Positions 36,035 through 44,295 of a stretch of 64,000 nucleotides of DNA are shown one piece after another. The stretch lies in the NCBI GenBank assembly GCA_039177115.1, contig JBCDFZ010000011.1, positions 42,386 to 106,385 of the forward strand, read 5' to 3'. The stretch comes from Myxococcota bacterium. Lineage in GTDB: Bacteria; Myxococcota_A; Polyangia; Polyangiales; Houyiibacteriaceae. Position numbers and translations under genes: made by a program. Under the pieces are notes generated by a model, which worked only from the letters and a program-made list of their open reading frames with translations, did no database searches and was not told where the DNA came from. Position 1 is the stretch's first letter. Every line of letters begins with the position of its first letter.

Positions 36035-36940
36035 ATGAGCGATCTCGACCAAGGTGTGGACCTTCGACCGTTTTCCACCCCTCTCGACAAGGCAGACCGT
36101 ATTGCGATCATCTCGTGTATCCACGGCAATCTCGAGGCGCTCGACACCGTGCTCGCCGACCTGCGTGCGCGCGAGATCGACAGCGTGCTGTGTCTCGGGG
36201 ACCTGGTTGGCTACGGACCGTTTCCCAATGAAACCGTCAATCGCATTCGAGACCTAGGCATCCCGACGGTGCTCGGCTGCTGGGACGAAGGGATTGCCCA
36301 GGAGAACGAAACCTGCGGGTGCACTTTCATCTCCGAGGAGGAGGGTCAGCTCGGCGCGATGGCGTTCTGGTGGACGACACTCAACGTCTCGGACGAGACC
36401 AAGAGCTACCTCGGGGCGCTTCCGATGGGGCTCGCTCTCGATCTTCCCTGCGGTCGCCTCGTGGCGTTCCACGGCAGCCCCAACAGCACGTCCGAGTACC
36501 TGACCGAGTCCACGCACGAGCTCGTGCTCTTCGAGCGCGCGGCACGCGCTGGCTGCGACATCCTCGTGTGTGGACACACGCACGTGCCCTACGTCAAACA
36601 GGTCGCGGGGACTCTCGAGGTTCGCGCGGAGACTTCCATCAAGGACCCGATCTACCGCGCGCGCTACGGCGAGGCGGAGACACCAAACCTGGTGACGCTC
36701 GCGCCGAAAACGATCGTCAACGCGGGCAGTGTAGGCGAGCCTCGCCATGGGGGGCTGGCCTCCACCTATGCCATCCTCGATACGGGCTCGGGTGACGTGG
36801 AGCTCTGTGAGGTGGAGTACGACGTCGAAAAGACCGTGCACGCCATGCGAGAACGCGACGTGCCGGAGACTTTCGCCGAGCGCTTGCTTGATGGGAACGA
36901 GCTCACCGGCAAGCACAAGGAAGTGTTCTGTGCCTGCTGA
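36035..36940 (+). CDS. metallophosphoesterase (calcineurin-like)
   Basis: IAIISCIHGN, CLGDLVGYGP, FHGSP, CGHTHVP and NAGSVGEPRHG. Confidence 0.8.
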   Translation: MSDLDQGVDLRPFSTPLDKADRIAIISCIHGNLEALDTVLADLRAREIDSVLCLGDLVGYGPFPNETVNRIRDLGIPTVLGCWDEGIAQENETCGCTFISEEEGQLGAMAFWWTTLNVSDETKSYLGALPMGLALDLPCGRLVAFHGSPNSTSEYLTESTHELVLFERAARAGCDILVCGHTHVPYVKQVAGTLEVRAETSIKDPIYRARYGEAETPNLVTLAPKTIVNAGSVGEPRHGGLASTYAILDTGSGDVELCEVEYDVEKTVHAMRERDVPETFAERLLDGNELTGKHKEVFCAC

Positions 36941-38570
36941 CGCGGCCGCGAGTGTAGTGCTCGTCGGCTTCGAATCCGTCGGCAAGTCCGCTCTCTTCCG
37001 CGGCCTCACCGGGCACGCCACTGGTGATGAGGCCAACTTTCGCGGCTCGACGGTGATCTGCCGCCGGTGCCACCTACAGGAGTGCGAGTGCGAGCTCGTC
37101 GATGTGCCTGGGATCCGGCTCGAGAGCGACAGCGCCACGACGGCGCTCGCGCTCGAGACTCTCGAAGACGCGGACACCGTGATGCTCGTGGTCCGTGCGC
37201 CGTTTCTGCTCGAGGAAGCGCGAGCGTTGCTCGAAACCGTTCGCTTGGGTGGAAGGCGCCTTGCCGTCGTCGTCACCTTCGCAGACAAAGTGTCGGCCGA
37301 CCTCTCAGCTGCCGTCAACAAGCTTCAGGCGCAGCTCGGCGTGCCCGTCGTCGCCCTCGACGCACGCGAGATGGGCGAGAGGCGCACCGACCTGTTCGAG
37401 GCGATTCGAGAAGCGCGCCCCCTCAACGACGCCAGCTTCGATACGCCTCTAGTTCAGCTCCGCGCCCGCCGGCCGCCTCGGACAGTCTTCGAGCACCCGA
37501 CGTGGGGGCCATGGGTGGCGCTCGTTGGCATCCTCGGGCTGCTCGCCGTTCCCGTGATGGGCGCGTTCTATCTCGCAGACTGGCTTCAGCCTACCGTCGA
37601 TGCCGTTGCGATCGTTCCCCTCACGGAAGCGCTCAGCGGAGTATGGCCTCCGCTCGCGGCCGTGTTGGTCGGCCCGTACGGCGTGCTGACGCTCGGATCG
37701 TACTCGTTCCTCTGGGCTTTCCCGGTCGTCCTTTTCTTGGGCGTGGCGAGCAGCGTGGCCGAGGAAACGGGCCTTCACGATCGAATCACCACCGCGCTCG
37801 ACCCTTGGCTTCGCCACGTCGGACTGTCGGGCCGCGATCTCGTCCCCGTGCTGACCGGCTTCGGGTGCAACGTCGTCGCCGTGCTCCATTCGCGCTCGTG
37901 CTCTTCTTGCTCGAGAAAGAACTGCGTCAGCCTCGTCGCGTTCGGTAGCGCGTGCAGCTACCAGATCGGCGCAAGCCTCTCGTTGTTTGGCTCGGCGGGG
38001 TACTCGTGGATGTTCGCACCGTATCTGCTGACCGTGTTCGTCGTCGGCCTCGTACACGTCCGCGTCTGGAACGGCTCACTCGCCGACCAGGCGGCGCCTC
38101 GGCTCGATGAGCGCGCCTACCTCCAGCCACCTTCGGCGAGGGCCGTGCTCTGGCGGATCAGCGTCGTGCTCAAGCAGTTTCTGCTCCAAGCGATGCCCAT
38201 CTTTCTCGTGCTCTGCGTCATCTCTGCGGTTATCGAACAAACAAACGCGATGGCTGCGTTGTCCAGTCTGCTCGGCCCCGGCCTGGGCTTCTTTCAGCTA
38301 CCCAGCGACATGGCGCTTCCCGTGCTCTTCAGCCTCCTTCGCAAGGACGGGATGTTGCTTCTGAACGCCGATAACGGCGCCTTGCTTGGGTCTCTGACAG
38401 GAGGACAGCTCTTCGTCGTGGTGTACCTCGCGAGCACGCTCGCGCCGTGTCTCGTCACACTCGCCGCGGTGGGACGGGAGCTTGGCTGGCGGACCGCGGG
38501 CGGCGTGGCGGGGCGTCAGGCGCTCACGAGCGTCGCGAGCGCGTGGCTGATTAGCCAGGTCGTATGGTGA
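36930..38570 (+). CDS. FeoB-like GTPase-permease (short form)
   Basis: The GTG start overlaps the preceding stop by 11 nt. G1 motif GFESVGKS, G3 motif DVPG, and membrane core LTGFGCNVVAV ... AFGSACSYQ as in FeoB. G4 is atypical (TFAD). Confidence 0.75.
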   Translation: MPADAAASVVLVGFESVGKSALFRGLTGHATGDEANFRGSTVICRRCHLQECECELVDVPGIRLESDSATTALALETLEDADTVMLVVRAPFLLEEARALLETVRLGGRRLAVVVTFADKVSADLSAAVNKLQAQLGVPVVALDAREMGERRTDLFEAIREARPLNDASFDTPLVQLRARRPPRTVFEHPTWGPWVALVGILGLLAVPVMGAFYLADWLQPTVDAVAIVPLTEALSGVWPPLAAVLVGPYGVLTLGSYSFLWAFPVVLFLGVASSVAEETGLHDRITTALDPWLRHVGLSGRDLVPVLTGFGCNVVAVLHSRSCSSCSRKNCVSLVAFGSACSYQIGASLSLFGSAGYSWMFAPYLLTVFVVGLVHVRVWNGSLADQAAPRLDERAYLQPPSARAVLWRISVVLKQFLLQAMPIFLVLCVISAVIEQTNAMAALSSLLGPGLGFFQLPSDMALPVLFSLLRKDGMLLLNADNGALLGSLTGGQLFVVVYLASTLAPCLVTLAAVGRELGWRTAGGVAGRQALTSVASAWLISQVVW

Positions 38571-38621
38571 TATCTCAGTTGATGAGCTAAGGGGCAATCA
38601 AGGAAAGACTAGGAGTGTTCA

Positions 38622-38864
38622 ATGTTTCGATGTGAGCTTTGCGAACGCGTGTCGCAGCCCGGGGAGAGTCAGATCAAGGTCATCGTAGAACGACGCCCCG
38701 CCGAATACCCAAGCCGTGGCAAGGCACAGCGTTCGCGCGTGGGTCGCCGGAGCAAGTTTGGCGATGACCCGGGTGGGGCAGGCTACGAGATCGTCAGGGA
38801 AAAGATCGCCTGCGTCGCGTGTATCGATGAGCACATCGAGCGCGAGCCCGTAGAAACGCTCTGA
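38622..38864 (+). CDS. small 4-Cys (CxxC...CxxC) protein, hypothetical
   Basis: AGGAG ribosome-binding site 6 nt upstream. MFRCELCE...IACVACI. I prefer it over the antisense ORF at 38619..38921 because of the RBS and GC3 bias. Confidence 0.4.
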   Translation: MFRCELCERVSQPGESQIKVIVERRPAEYPSRGKAQRSRVGRRSKFGDDPGGAGYEIVREKIACVACIDEHIEREPVETL

Positions 38865-38892
38865 CGCGAATGGGAGCGGCGACGAGGCATCG

Positions 38893-39462
38893 ATGATTCT
38901 GTCAGACTCCGACATTCTCAAGCGCCTGAACCAGGGAGACCTCGTCGTCGATCCTCTCCTGGATCGAGACCTTCAAGTCCAGCCAGCCAGTGTAGACCTT
39001 CGGCTATCGTCGGAGTTCATCGTCTATCGAGCGGCGCAGGTTGCGTTCCTCGATCCGCGTCGTCCCGAAACGCTGCAGTCCAACACGGAGCGGATCCACG
39101 TCGTCGACGACGAACCGTTCATCCTGCATCCCGGGCAGTTCGCGCTGGGGTCCACGCTCGAACGCGTCGAAATCCCGGCTGACCTCGTTGCCCGGGTCGA
39201 CGGCCGGAGCAGCCTCGGCCGGCTCGCGGTCGTGGTGCACGCTACTGCGGGTTTCATCGACCCTGGGTTTTCCGGGCAGATCACCCTCGAGCTATCGAAC
39301 ATTGGCCCCATCCCCGTCCGGCTCTATCCCGGCATGCGCGTCGCGCAAATCGTTTTGTACCGAATGACGTCGCCCGCGGAGCGGCCTTACGGGCGCGATC
39401 GAGGGAGCCGGTATCAAGATCAGGCCGGGCCCGTCACGAGCCGGATCGAACTCGATCCTTGA
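38893..39462 (+). CDS. dcd: dCTP deaminase
   Basis: [37 protein letters not shown] and LELSN. Confidence 0.9.
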   Translation: MILSDSDILKRLNQGDLVVDPLLDRDLQVQPASVDLRLSSEFIVYRAAQVAFLDPRRPETLQSNTERIHVVDDEPFILHPGQFALGSTLERVEIPADLVARVDGRSSLGRLAVVVHATAGFIDPGFSGQITLELSNIGPIPVRLYPGMRVAQIVLYRMTSPAERPYGRDRGSRYQDQAGPVTSRIELDP

Positions 39463-39531
39463 TGCCGCCCACGTGAGCACGATTGACCAGCCGGCCGCGG
39501 TCAACGCTGCGCTCGAGGCGCACCTGCAAGG

Positions 39532-40356
39532 CTAGAGTTGAAACTGCATACCCTCCCGCGCAGTAAACGCGGACGGCCATGCACTCTTGGCCTCGGCTTC
39601 CAGCTGGTCCATGAACGCGTCGTCATGGTCGGGGTCGTGGTGGAAGATCGCCAAGCTTTTGGCGTTCGCCTCTTGGCAGAGGCGGACGCCTTCCTGCCAG
39701 GTGGAGTGCCCCCACCCGACGTGCGAAGGCAGCTCCGCATCGGTGTACGTCGAGTCGTAGATGACCAGGTCGGCCCCCTCGATGAGCGACAAGATGTGCT
39801 CGTCGAGCTTGCCGGGCGTATGTTCGGTGTCTGTGACGTAGCAGAGCGCCTTGCCGCCATACTCGAGCCGATAGCCTGTTGCACCGTCGGGGTGGTTTAG
39901 CTTTGCCGTCTTCACGTCGACCTTGTTCGACAGCGCGAAGCCGTCGCCCCTAGCGAAATCCTCGAACTCGAGGTCGGCGTGAAGCGCTTCGAGCGGCACC
40001 GGAAAGTTCGGAGCGGCCATCTGTCCTGAGAGCACTTCGCGGATGCCTCCGGTCGACTGGAGCCCGCCCGCCATGATTCGCATGGCGCAGGCCTCCGAGT
40101 ACACGGGCTGGAAGAACGGAAAGCCTGCCGTGTGATCCCAGTGCACGTGTGTGAGAAGGAGCGTGGTTCTGAGCTTGCCTCGTTCGAGAAGCTGGCGGCC
40201 GAGTCCTCGCATCCCGGTACCTGCGTCTAGGATTATCTGTTCTCCGCCGAGGTCGAGCTGTACGCAGCTGGTGTTGCCTCCGTAGCGAGCATACTCTCGT
40301 TCCGGGCAAGCGATGCTGCCGCGCACTCCCCAGAACCGCACCCCGAACGCAGGCAT
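39532..40356 (-). CDS. MBL-fold metallo-hydrolase
   Basis: LLLTHVHWDHTAGFPFF (HxHxDH) and a downstream HHDPDHDD. Lies 5 bp downstream of the PyrC-like gene. Confidence 0.8.
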   Translation of the reverse strand: MPAFGVRFWGVRGSIACPEREYARYGGNTSCVQLDLGGEQIILDAGTGMRGLGRQLLERGKLRTTLLLTHVHWDHTAGFPFFQPVYSEACAMRIMAGGLQSTGGIREVLSGQMAAPNFPVPLEALHADLEFEDFARGDGFALSNKVDVKTAKLNHPDGATGYRLEYGGKALCYVTDTEHTPGKLDEHILSLIEGADLVIYDSTYTDAELPSHVGWGHSTWQEGVRLCQEANAKSLAIFHHDPDHDDAFMDQLEAEAKSAWPSAFTAREGMQFQL

Positions 40357-40361
40357 CTGGC

Positions 40362-41768
40362 CTAGTCCGCCTCCAGGAAACGGATCATCTTTCCCCGGGC
40401 AGTGCCCACCAGTTGCTCATCGCGAACGATGATATCGCCGCGGATGATGGTGTGGATCGGCCAACCCGTGACCCGCTTGCCATCATAGGGCGTCCAGCCG
40501 GTTCGGCTCGCGATCCATTCGTTGCGGATCGTGCGCTCACCGGCGAGATCGACGACGGTCAGATCGGCGTCGTACCCACGCGCGATCCGACCCTTGCCTT
40601 CGATACCGAAGATACGCGCCGGGCCCGCGCTGGTTAGATCGACCACGCGTTGCAGACTGAGGCGGCCCGCGTGCGCGTGGTCGAGGAGCAGCGGCAACAG
40701 GGTCTGCACGCCCGTCATTCCACTCGGTGACTGAGGGAACGGGAGCGCCTTCTCCTCGAGCGTATGCGGTGCGTGATCACTGCCAACCACGTCGACCACA
40801 CCTTCATTGACGGCCTGCCAAAGCGCGTCTTGGTGTCGCTGTTCACGCACGGGCGGGTTCATTTGGGCGAGAGTCCCCAGGCGCTCGTAGCACTCTGGCG
40901 CATGCAGAGTGAGATGCTGTGGCGTGACCTCCACCGTCACGCGTTGCTTGTGCTTTGCCAAGAACGCGATCTCTTCGGCGGTGGTGATGTGCAGCAAGTG
41001 AAGACGACGGCCCGACTCGGCTGCGATGCCAACGATGCGACGCGTCGCCTTGAACGCGCTTTCTACGTCACGCCAATGGGGGTGTTGACTGACATCGCCA
41101 CTACCCTCGACCAGTGCCTTGCGCTCGCGGAGCCGCTCTTCGTCTTCCGCATGTATCGCCATGCGGCGGCGACCGTGGCGCACGATGCGGCGGAGCGTGG
41201 CGTCGTCGTCCGCGAGCAGGTCGCCGAAAGAGCTGCCCATGAATACCTTCACCCCCGCGCAGCCCGGCAGGCGTTCCAAAGACTCCAACTCCTCTGCGTT
41301 GACTCCCGAGCCGCCGATGTAGAATGCGTAGTCGCACCATGCGCGACCTGCCGCCGCCTCGAGCTTGGCGTTCAGGTCGTCGGCCCAAAGCGTCAGCGGG
41401 TTGGTGTTGGGCATCTCGAAAACGCCCGTCACGCCGCCGAGGACCGCGCCGCGAGTACCGGTTTCGAGGTCTTCTTTGTGAACCAGTCCGGGCTCACGGA
41501 AATGCACCTGGCTGTCGATGACGCCCGGAAGGACGTGCAGGTTCGAGACGTCGAGTGCGGTGTCTGCGCTCCAAGAGCCGCAGAGATCGCCGAGGGCCAC
41601 GATGCGGCCCGCAACGCAGGCCACGTCGATGCGTTCCGCGCCGTTGGGGGTCTGCACGATGCCGCCGTGCACCAGCAACTCGGCGTGGCGGCGAGCCCGC
41701 GCTTCTTCTTCGATGTCCACGCCAGCCATGGGAGCAGCCTCCGGGAGAGTTGGGTCACCCCGACCCAA
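40362..41768 (-). CDS. dihydroorotase/allantoinase-family amidohydrolase (PyrC-like paralog)
   Basis: GVIDSQVHFREPG, GVKVFMG, IHAEDE, LHLLHITT and GSDHAPH. An alternative start at 41729 gives MAGVDIEE. Confidence 0.8.
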   Translation of the reverse strand: MGRGDPTLPEAAPMAGVDIEEEARARRHAELLVHGGIVQTPNGAERIDVACVAGRIVALGDLCGSWSADTALDVSNLHVLPGVIDSQVHFREPGLVHKEDLETGTRGAVLGGVTGVFEMPNTNPLTLWADDLNAKLEAAAGRAWCDYAFYIGGSGVNAEELESLERLPGCAGVKVFMGSSFGDLLADDDATLRRIVRHGRRRMAIHAEDEERLRERKALVEGSGDVSQHPHWRDVESAFKATRRIVGIAAESGRRLHLLHITTAEEIAFLAKHKQRVTVEVTPQHLTLHAPECYERLGTLAQMNPPVREQRHQDALWQAVNEGVVDVVGSDHAPHTLEEKALPFPQSPSGMTGVQTLLPLLLDHAHAGRLSLQRVVDLTSAGPARIFGIEGKGRIARGYDADLTVVDLAGERTIRNEWIASRTGWTPYDGKRVTGWPIHTIIRGDIIVRDEQLVGTARGKMIRFLEAD

Positions 41769-41790
41769 CTCAATTGCAACTTATCCCAGA

Positions 41791-41805
41791 TGCAATCATA
41801 TTGCA
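41791..41805. promoter_or_regulatory. operator-like palindrome, site f (aTGCAAtcataTTGCAt, perfect)
   Basis: Lies 23 bp upstream of the PyrC-like start at 41768 and 58 bp upstream of the small ORF at 41863. Confidence 0.65.
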
Positions 41806-41862
41806 TCTGGCTGCCCCAGAGGGAGCAAAACGCTCGATGGCAACCGTTGCGTGAGGTGAAAC

Positions 41863-42078
41863 GTGGAGGGACTGTGCGAAACCTACGATGAGTGGAAGCA
41901 CTGCATCACCGTGAAGTGCAGAATCCCGCTCACCTCCGACTTCGTCGCGAAGCGTATCAAGGCGCTCAACGACGAACGAAACCCAACGACCGCACGCTTC
42001 ATCGCGCTCTACGGTGACTCGTACCGGTTGCGAACAATCGGATGGTTCGAGCAGGCTCGCAACGAACTCGGCGGCTGA
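41863..42078 (+). CDS. small hypothetical protein (71 aa)
   Basis: GTG start immediately after an in-frame stop, with a GAGGTG ribosome-binding site 4 nt upstream. Contains CETYDEWKHCITVKC. Confidence 0.4.
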   Translation: MEGLCETYDEWKHCITVKCRIPLTSDFVAKRIKALNDERNPTTARFIALYGDSYRLRTIGWFEQARNELGG

Positions 42079-42160
42079 GCTGGCCCACCTTCGGAGTCAT
42101 ACAGCGGCAGTGAAGTCTGACGGTTAGCGGCGCTCCCTCGCATGTGATAATTTTTCGTCC

Positions 42161-42652
42161 ATGGATGCCGTCGCGAAGATCTCAAAGGATTCCGTCGTCT
42201 CCATCGAATACACGCTCACCGATGAGGCGGGCGTCGTGGTCGGTAGGAGTCCAGGGAACGACCCTCTGTCGTACGTGCACGGCCGCGGCGGCGTGGTACC
42301 CGGTCTCGAGAGAGAACTAACCGGCAAGAGCGTCGGCGATCAGGTCTCCGTCACCCTCGAACCGAAGGATGGCTACGGCGTCTACGACGACACGCTGACC
42401 TTCGAGATGCCCCGGGCCAGGCTTCCTGCGACCGTCCAGCCTCAAAAAGGAATGGCGCTGGTCATGAACGGAGCCGGCGGACGCCAGTTCCCAGTGGTCA
42501 TCCTGGAAGTGAAGCCAGAGAGTGTCGTCATCGACAGAAACCATCCCTTCGCCGGCAAGACGCTGCGTTTCGACGTACGAGTGAAGGGGCTGCGCGAGGC
42601 GAGGCCAGAGGAACTGAACGACTGCTGTAGTTCGGGAACCTGTTCGGTCTAG
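42161..42652 (+). CDS. slyD: FKBP-type peptidyl-prolyl isomerase SlyD with Cys-rich tail
   Basis: VSIEYTLTDEAGVVV, YVHGRGGVVPGLERELTGK and NHPFAGKTLRFDV. Tail NDCCSSGTCSV. Confidence 0.85.
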   Translation: MDAVAKISKDSVVSIEYTLTDEAGVVVGRSPGNDPLSYVHGRGGVVPGLERELTGKSVGDQVSVTLEPKDGYGVYDDTLTFEMPRARLPATVQPQKGMALVMNGAGGRQFPVVILEVKPESVVIDRNHPFAGKTLRFDVRVKGLREARPEELNDCCSSGTCSV

Positions 42653-42678
42653 CCCGGGAGTTCTCCGACCTCAGCCCC

Positions 42679-43776
42679 CTACCAGATGGAGGGAGGCTCG
42701 GGCGGATACCGTGAATCGATCAAGCCTCGGCAGGCGAGGTCGGAAAACTGATCGGCGAACGTGGCCCGGGTAGGGCGGGGCTCGAAGCCCAGGATACTCT
42801 TCGCCTTGTCAGCGGAGTAGCTCATGTTCGCGAACATGAGACGAGCGCTGGCCTCCGACAGGGGCAGCGCGGCTCTCGGAGCAAACCAACGTTTCGCGTT
42901 GTCGAGCGCCTTCCCTACGAAGAGCACGAAGCCGGGTTTCAAGAGCCACATCCTCAGCTTGACGTCGGTCGACTGCTCGAACGCGTCGACGAATTCCTGG
43001 TGAGATGTATTGTTGGCCAGGATGAAGTCGTCGTGAACTTCATCCATGAAGGCGACCCAATGAACCTTTGCCGCGTCGCGCGCATCGACGTAGGCGAGCG
43101 ACATGCCCTCCGGGTAGAAGTAAGTTCGCGCACGCGCGTAGCGCACGATGAGCTGGTTGATCAACGCGTCGTCGCGACTTCGCGGCCCGATCGGCGACGG
43201 TAAGTACGAAACCGTGACGCGAAGGCCATCGGCCTGTGCCGCGAGGAGCTTTCGAGTCGCCTGTTTCTTGGCCAGCAGGTAGGGGAGTGTCGCGTACACC
43301 GCCTCCTCTTCGTCGCCGGAGACCTCGGTCCGCTCCGTGATGATCCCTTCCTTCGGGCATGGAATGCCCGCACTCGAGTGAGCTTTATGAAGCGTGAGCC
43401 CGAGTTCGCGTGCCACTCGGATCACGTTCTCGACTCCGCGTAGGTTGATCGCCTCGATTCGTCCGCTCTCGTCTCGAGCACTGAGGTCGATTCGAGTTAC
43501 CGAATCGAAGAGCAGCGACTGCGTGGTGAAGTCGCTGCAGGCGGCGCGAACGCTGTCCACGTCTCTGACGTCGCCCGGCCGGCAGACGACCCCTTGCGGA
43601 AAGTCTTTGGCCCGAGCCATGTCGCGAAGGAGCACGCGAAACTCGCAGTCGGGATAGAGGGCGAGACCCTGCTCGAGAAACACCCGTCCGATGTGCCCCG
43701 TCGCACCGATCACGAGCACCTTGTCGGGGGCGCGACCCGGTTCGAGCCGGGTCTCAGGTTCCGTGAATCGCGTCAC
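42679..43776 (-). CDS. NAD(P)-dependent epimerase/dehydratase-type SDR
   Basis: VLVIGATGHIGRVF Rossmann motif and YLLAK (YxxxK). The long ORF to 44301 overlaps the MerC-like gene and is His/Arg-rich junk. The GTG 43776 start is tentative. Confidence 0.65.
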   Translation of the reverse strand: MTRFTEPETRLEPGRAPDKVLVIGATGHIGRVFLEQGLALYPDCEFRVLLRDMARAKDFPQGVVCRPGDVRDVDSVRAACSDFTTQSLLFDSVTRIDLSARDESGRIEAINLRGVENVIRVARELGLTLHKAHSSAGIPCPKEGIITERTEVSGDEEEAVYATLPYLLAKKQATRKLLAAQADGLRVTVSYLPSPIGPRSRDDALINQLIVRYARARTYFYPEGMSLAYVDARDAAKVHWVAFMDEVHDDFILANNTSHQEFVDAFEQSTDVKLRMWLLKPGFVLFVGKALDNAKRWFAPRAALPLSEASARLMFANMSYSADKAKSILGFEPRPTRATFADQFSDLACRGLIDSRYPPEPPSIW

Positions 43777-43851
43777 GCGACGGAGAGATTCACCAAACCA
43801 CAAGCGCGCGCAAACGGATGCTTTCGCTGTCACTGCTTTATCGCAATCAGC

Positions 43852-43866
43852 TTGCAAGAGCAGGAT
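43852..43866. promoter_or_regulatory. operator-like palindrome, site g (CGCAAtcagcTTGCA)
   Basis: One mismatch. Lies 22 bp upstream of the MerC-like ATG at 43888 and is divergent to the SDR gene. Confidence 0.55.
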
Positions 43867-43887
43867 GGCTGAGATAAGCGATTCGCC

Positions 43888-44295
43888 GTGACCGACGGGG
43901 TGCCTGAGATCTCCTCGAACCGCATCGATCGAGCCGGTGTGGTGTCGAGCACCGTGTGCGCTGTGCACTGCGCCTCCGCCGCGGCTGCTCCGAGCGTCAT
44001 CGCTGCGCTCGGGCTCAGCGTGCTGGTGGGTCCGATGTTCGAGTGGGGGTTTACGGTGCTCGCGGTCCTTCTCGGCGCGTCGGCGCTCGTCATCGGATGG
44101 CGACGCCACCAGACGATGTCCGTGGCCCTGGTGCTCGGGGCGGGGATTCTGGGGCTCCTCCTTGGGCGCGTGCTCGAGATGAACGAGCTTCATGGCGCGG
44201 GTACCGTTGTGAGCGTCGTCGCGGGCGTTGCGCTCGTCGTGGGACACCTGAGTGGGATCCGCGCGAGTCGTGCGCAGGCGGAGGCCGGATCGTGA
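43888..44295 (+). CDS. MerC-domain membrane protein
   Basis: 135 aa with four TM segments. TM1 carries VCAVHCAS (CxxHC of MerC-domain proteins). Confidence 0.6.
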   Translation: MTDGVPEISSNRIDRAGVVSSTVCAVHCASAAAAPSVIAALGLSVLVGPMFEWGFTVLAVLLGASALVIGWRRHQTMSVALVLGAGILGLLLGRVLEMNELHGAGTVVSVVAGVALVVGHLSGIRASRAQAEAGS

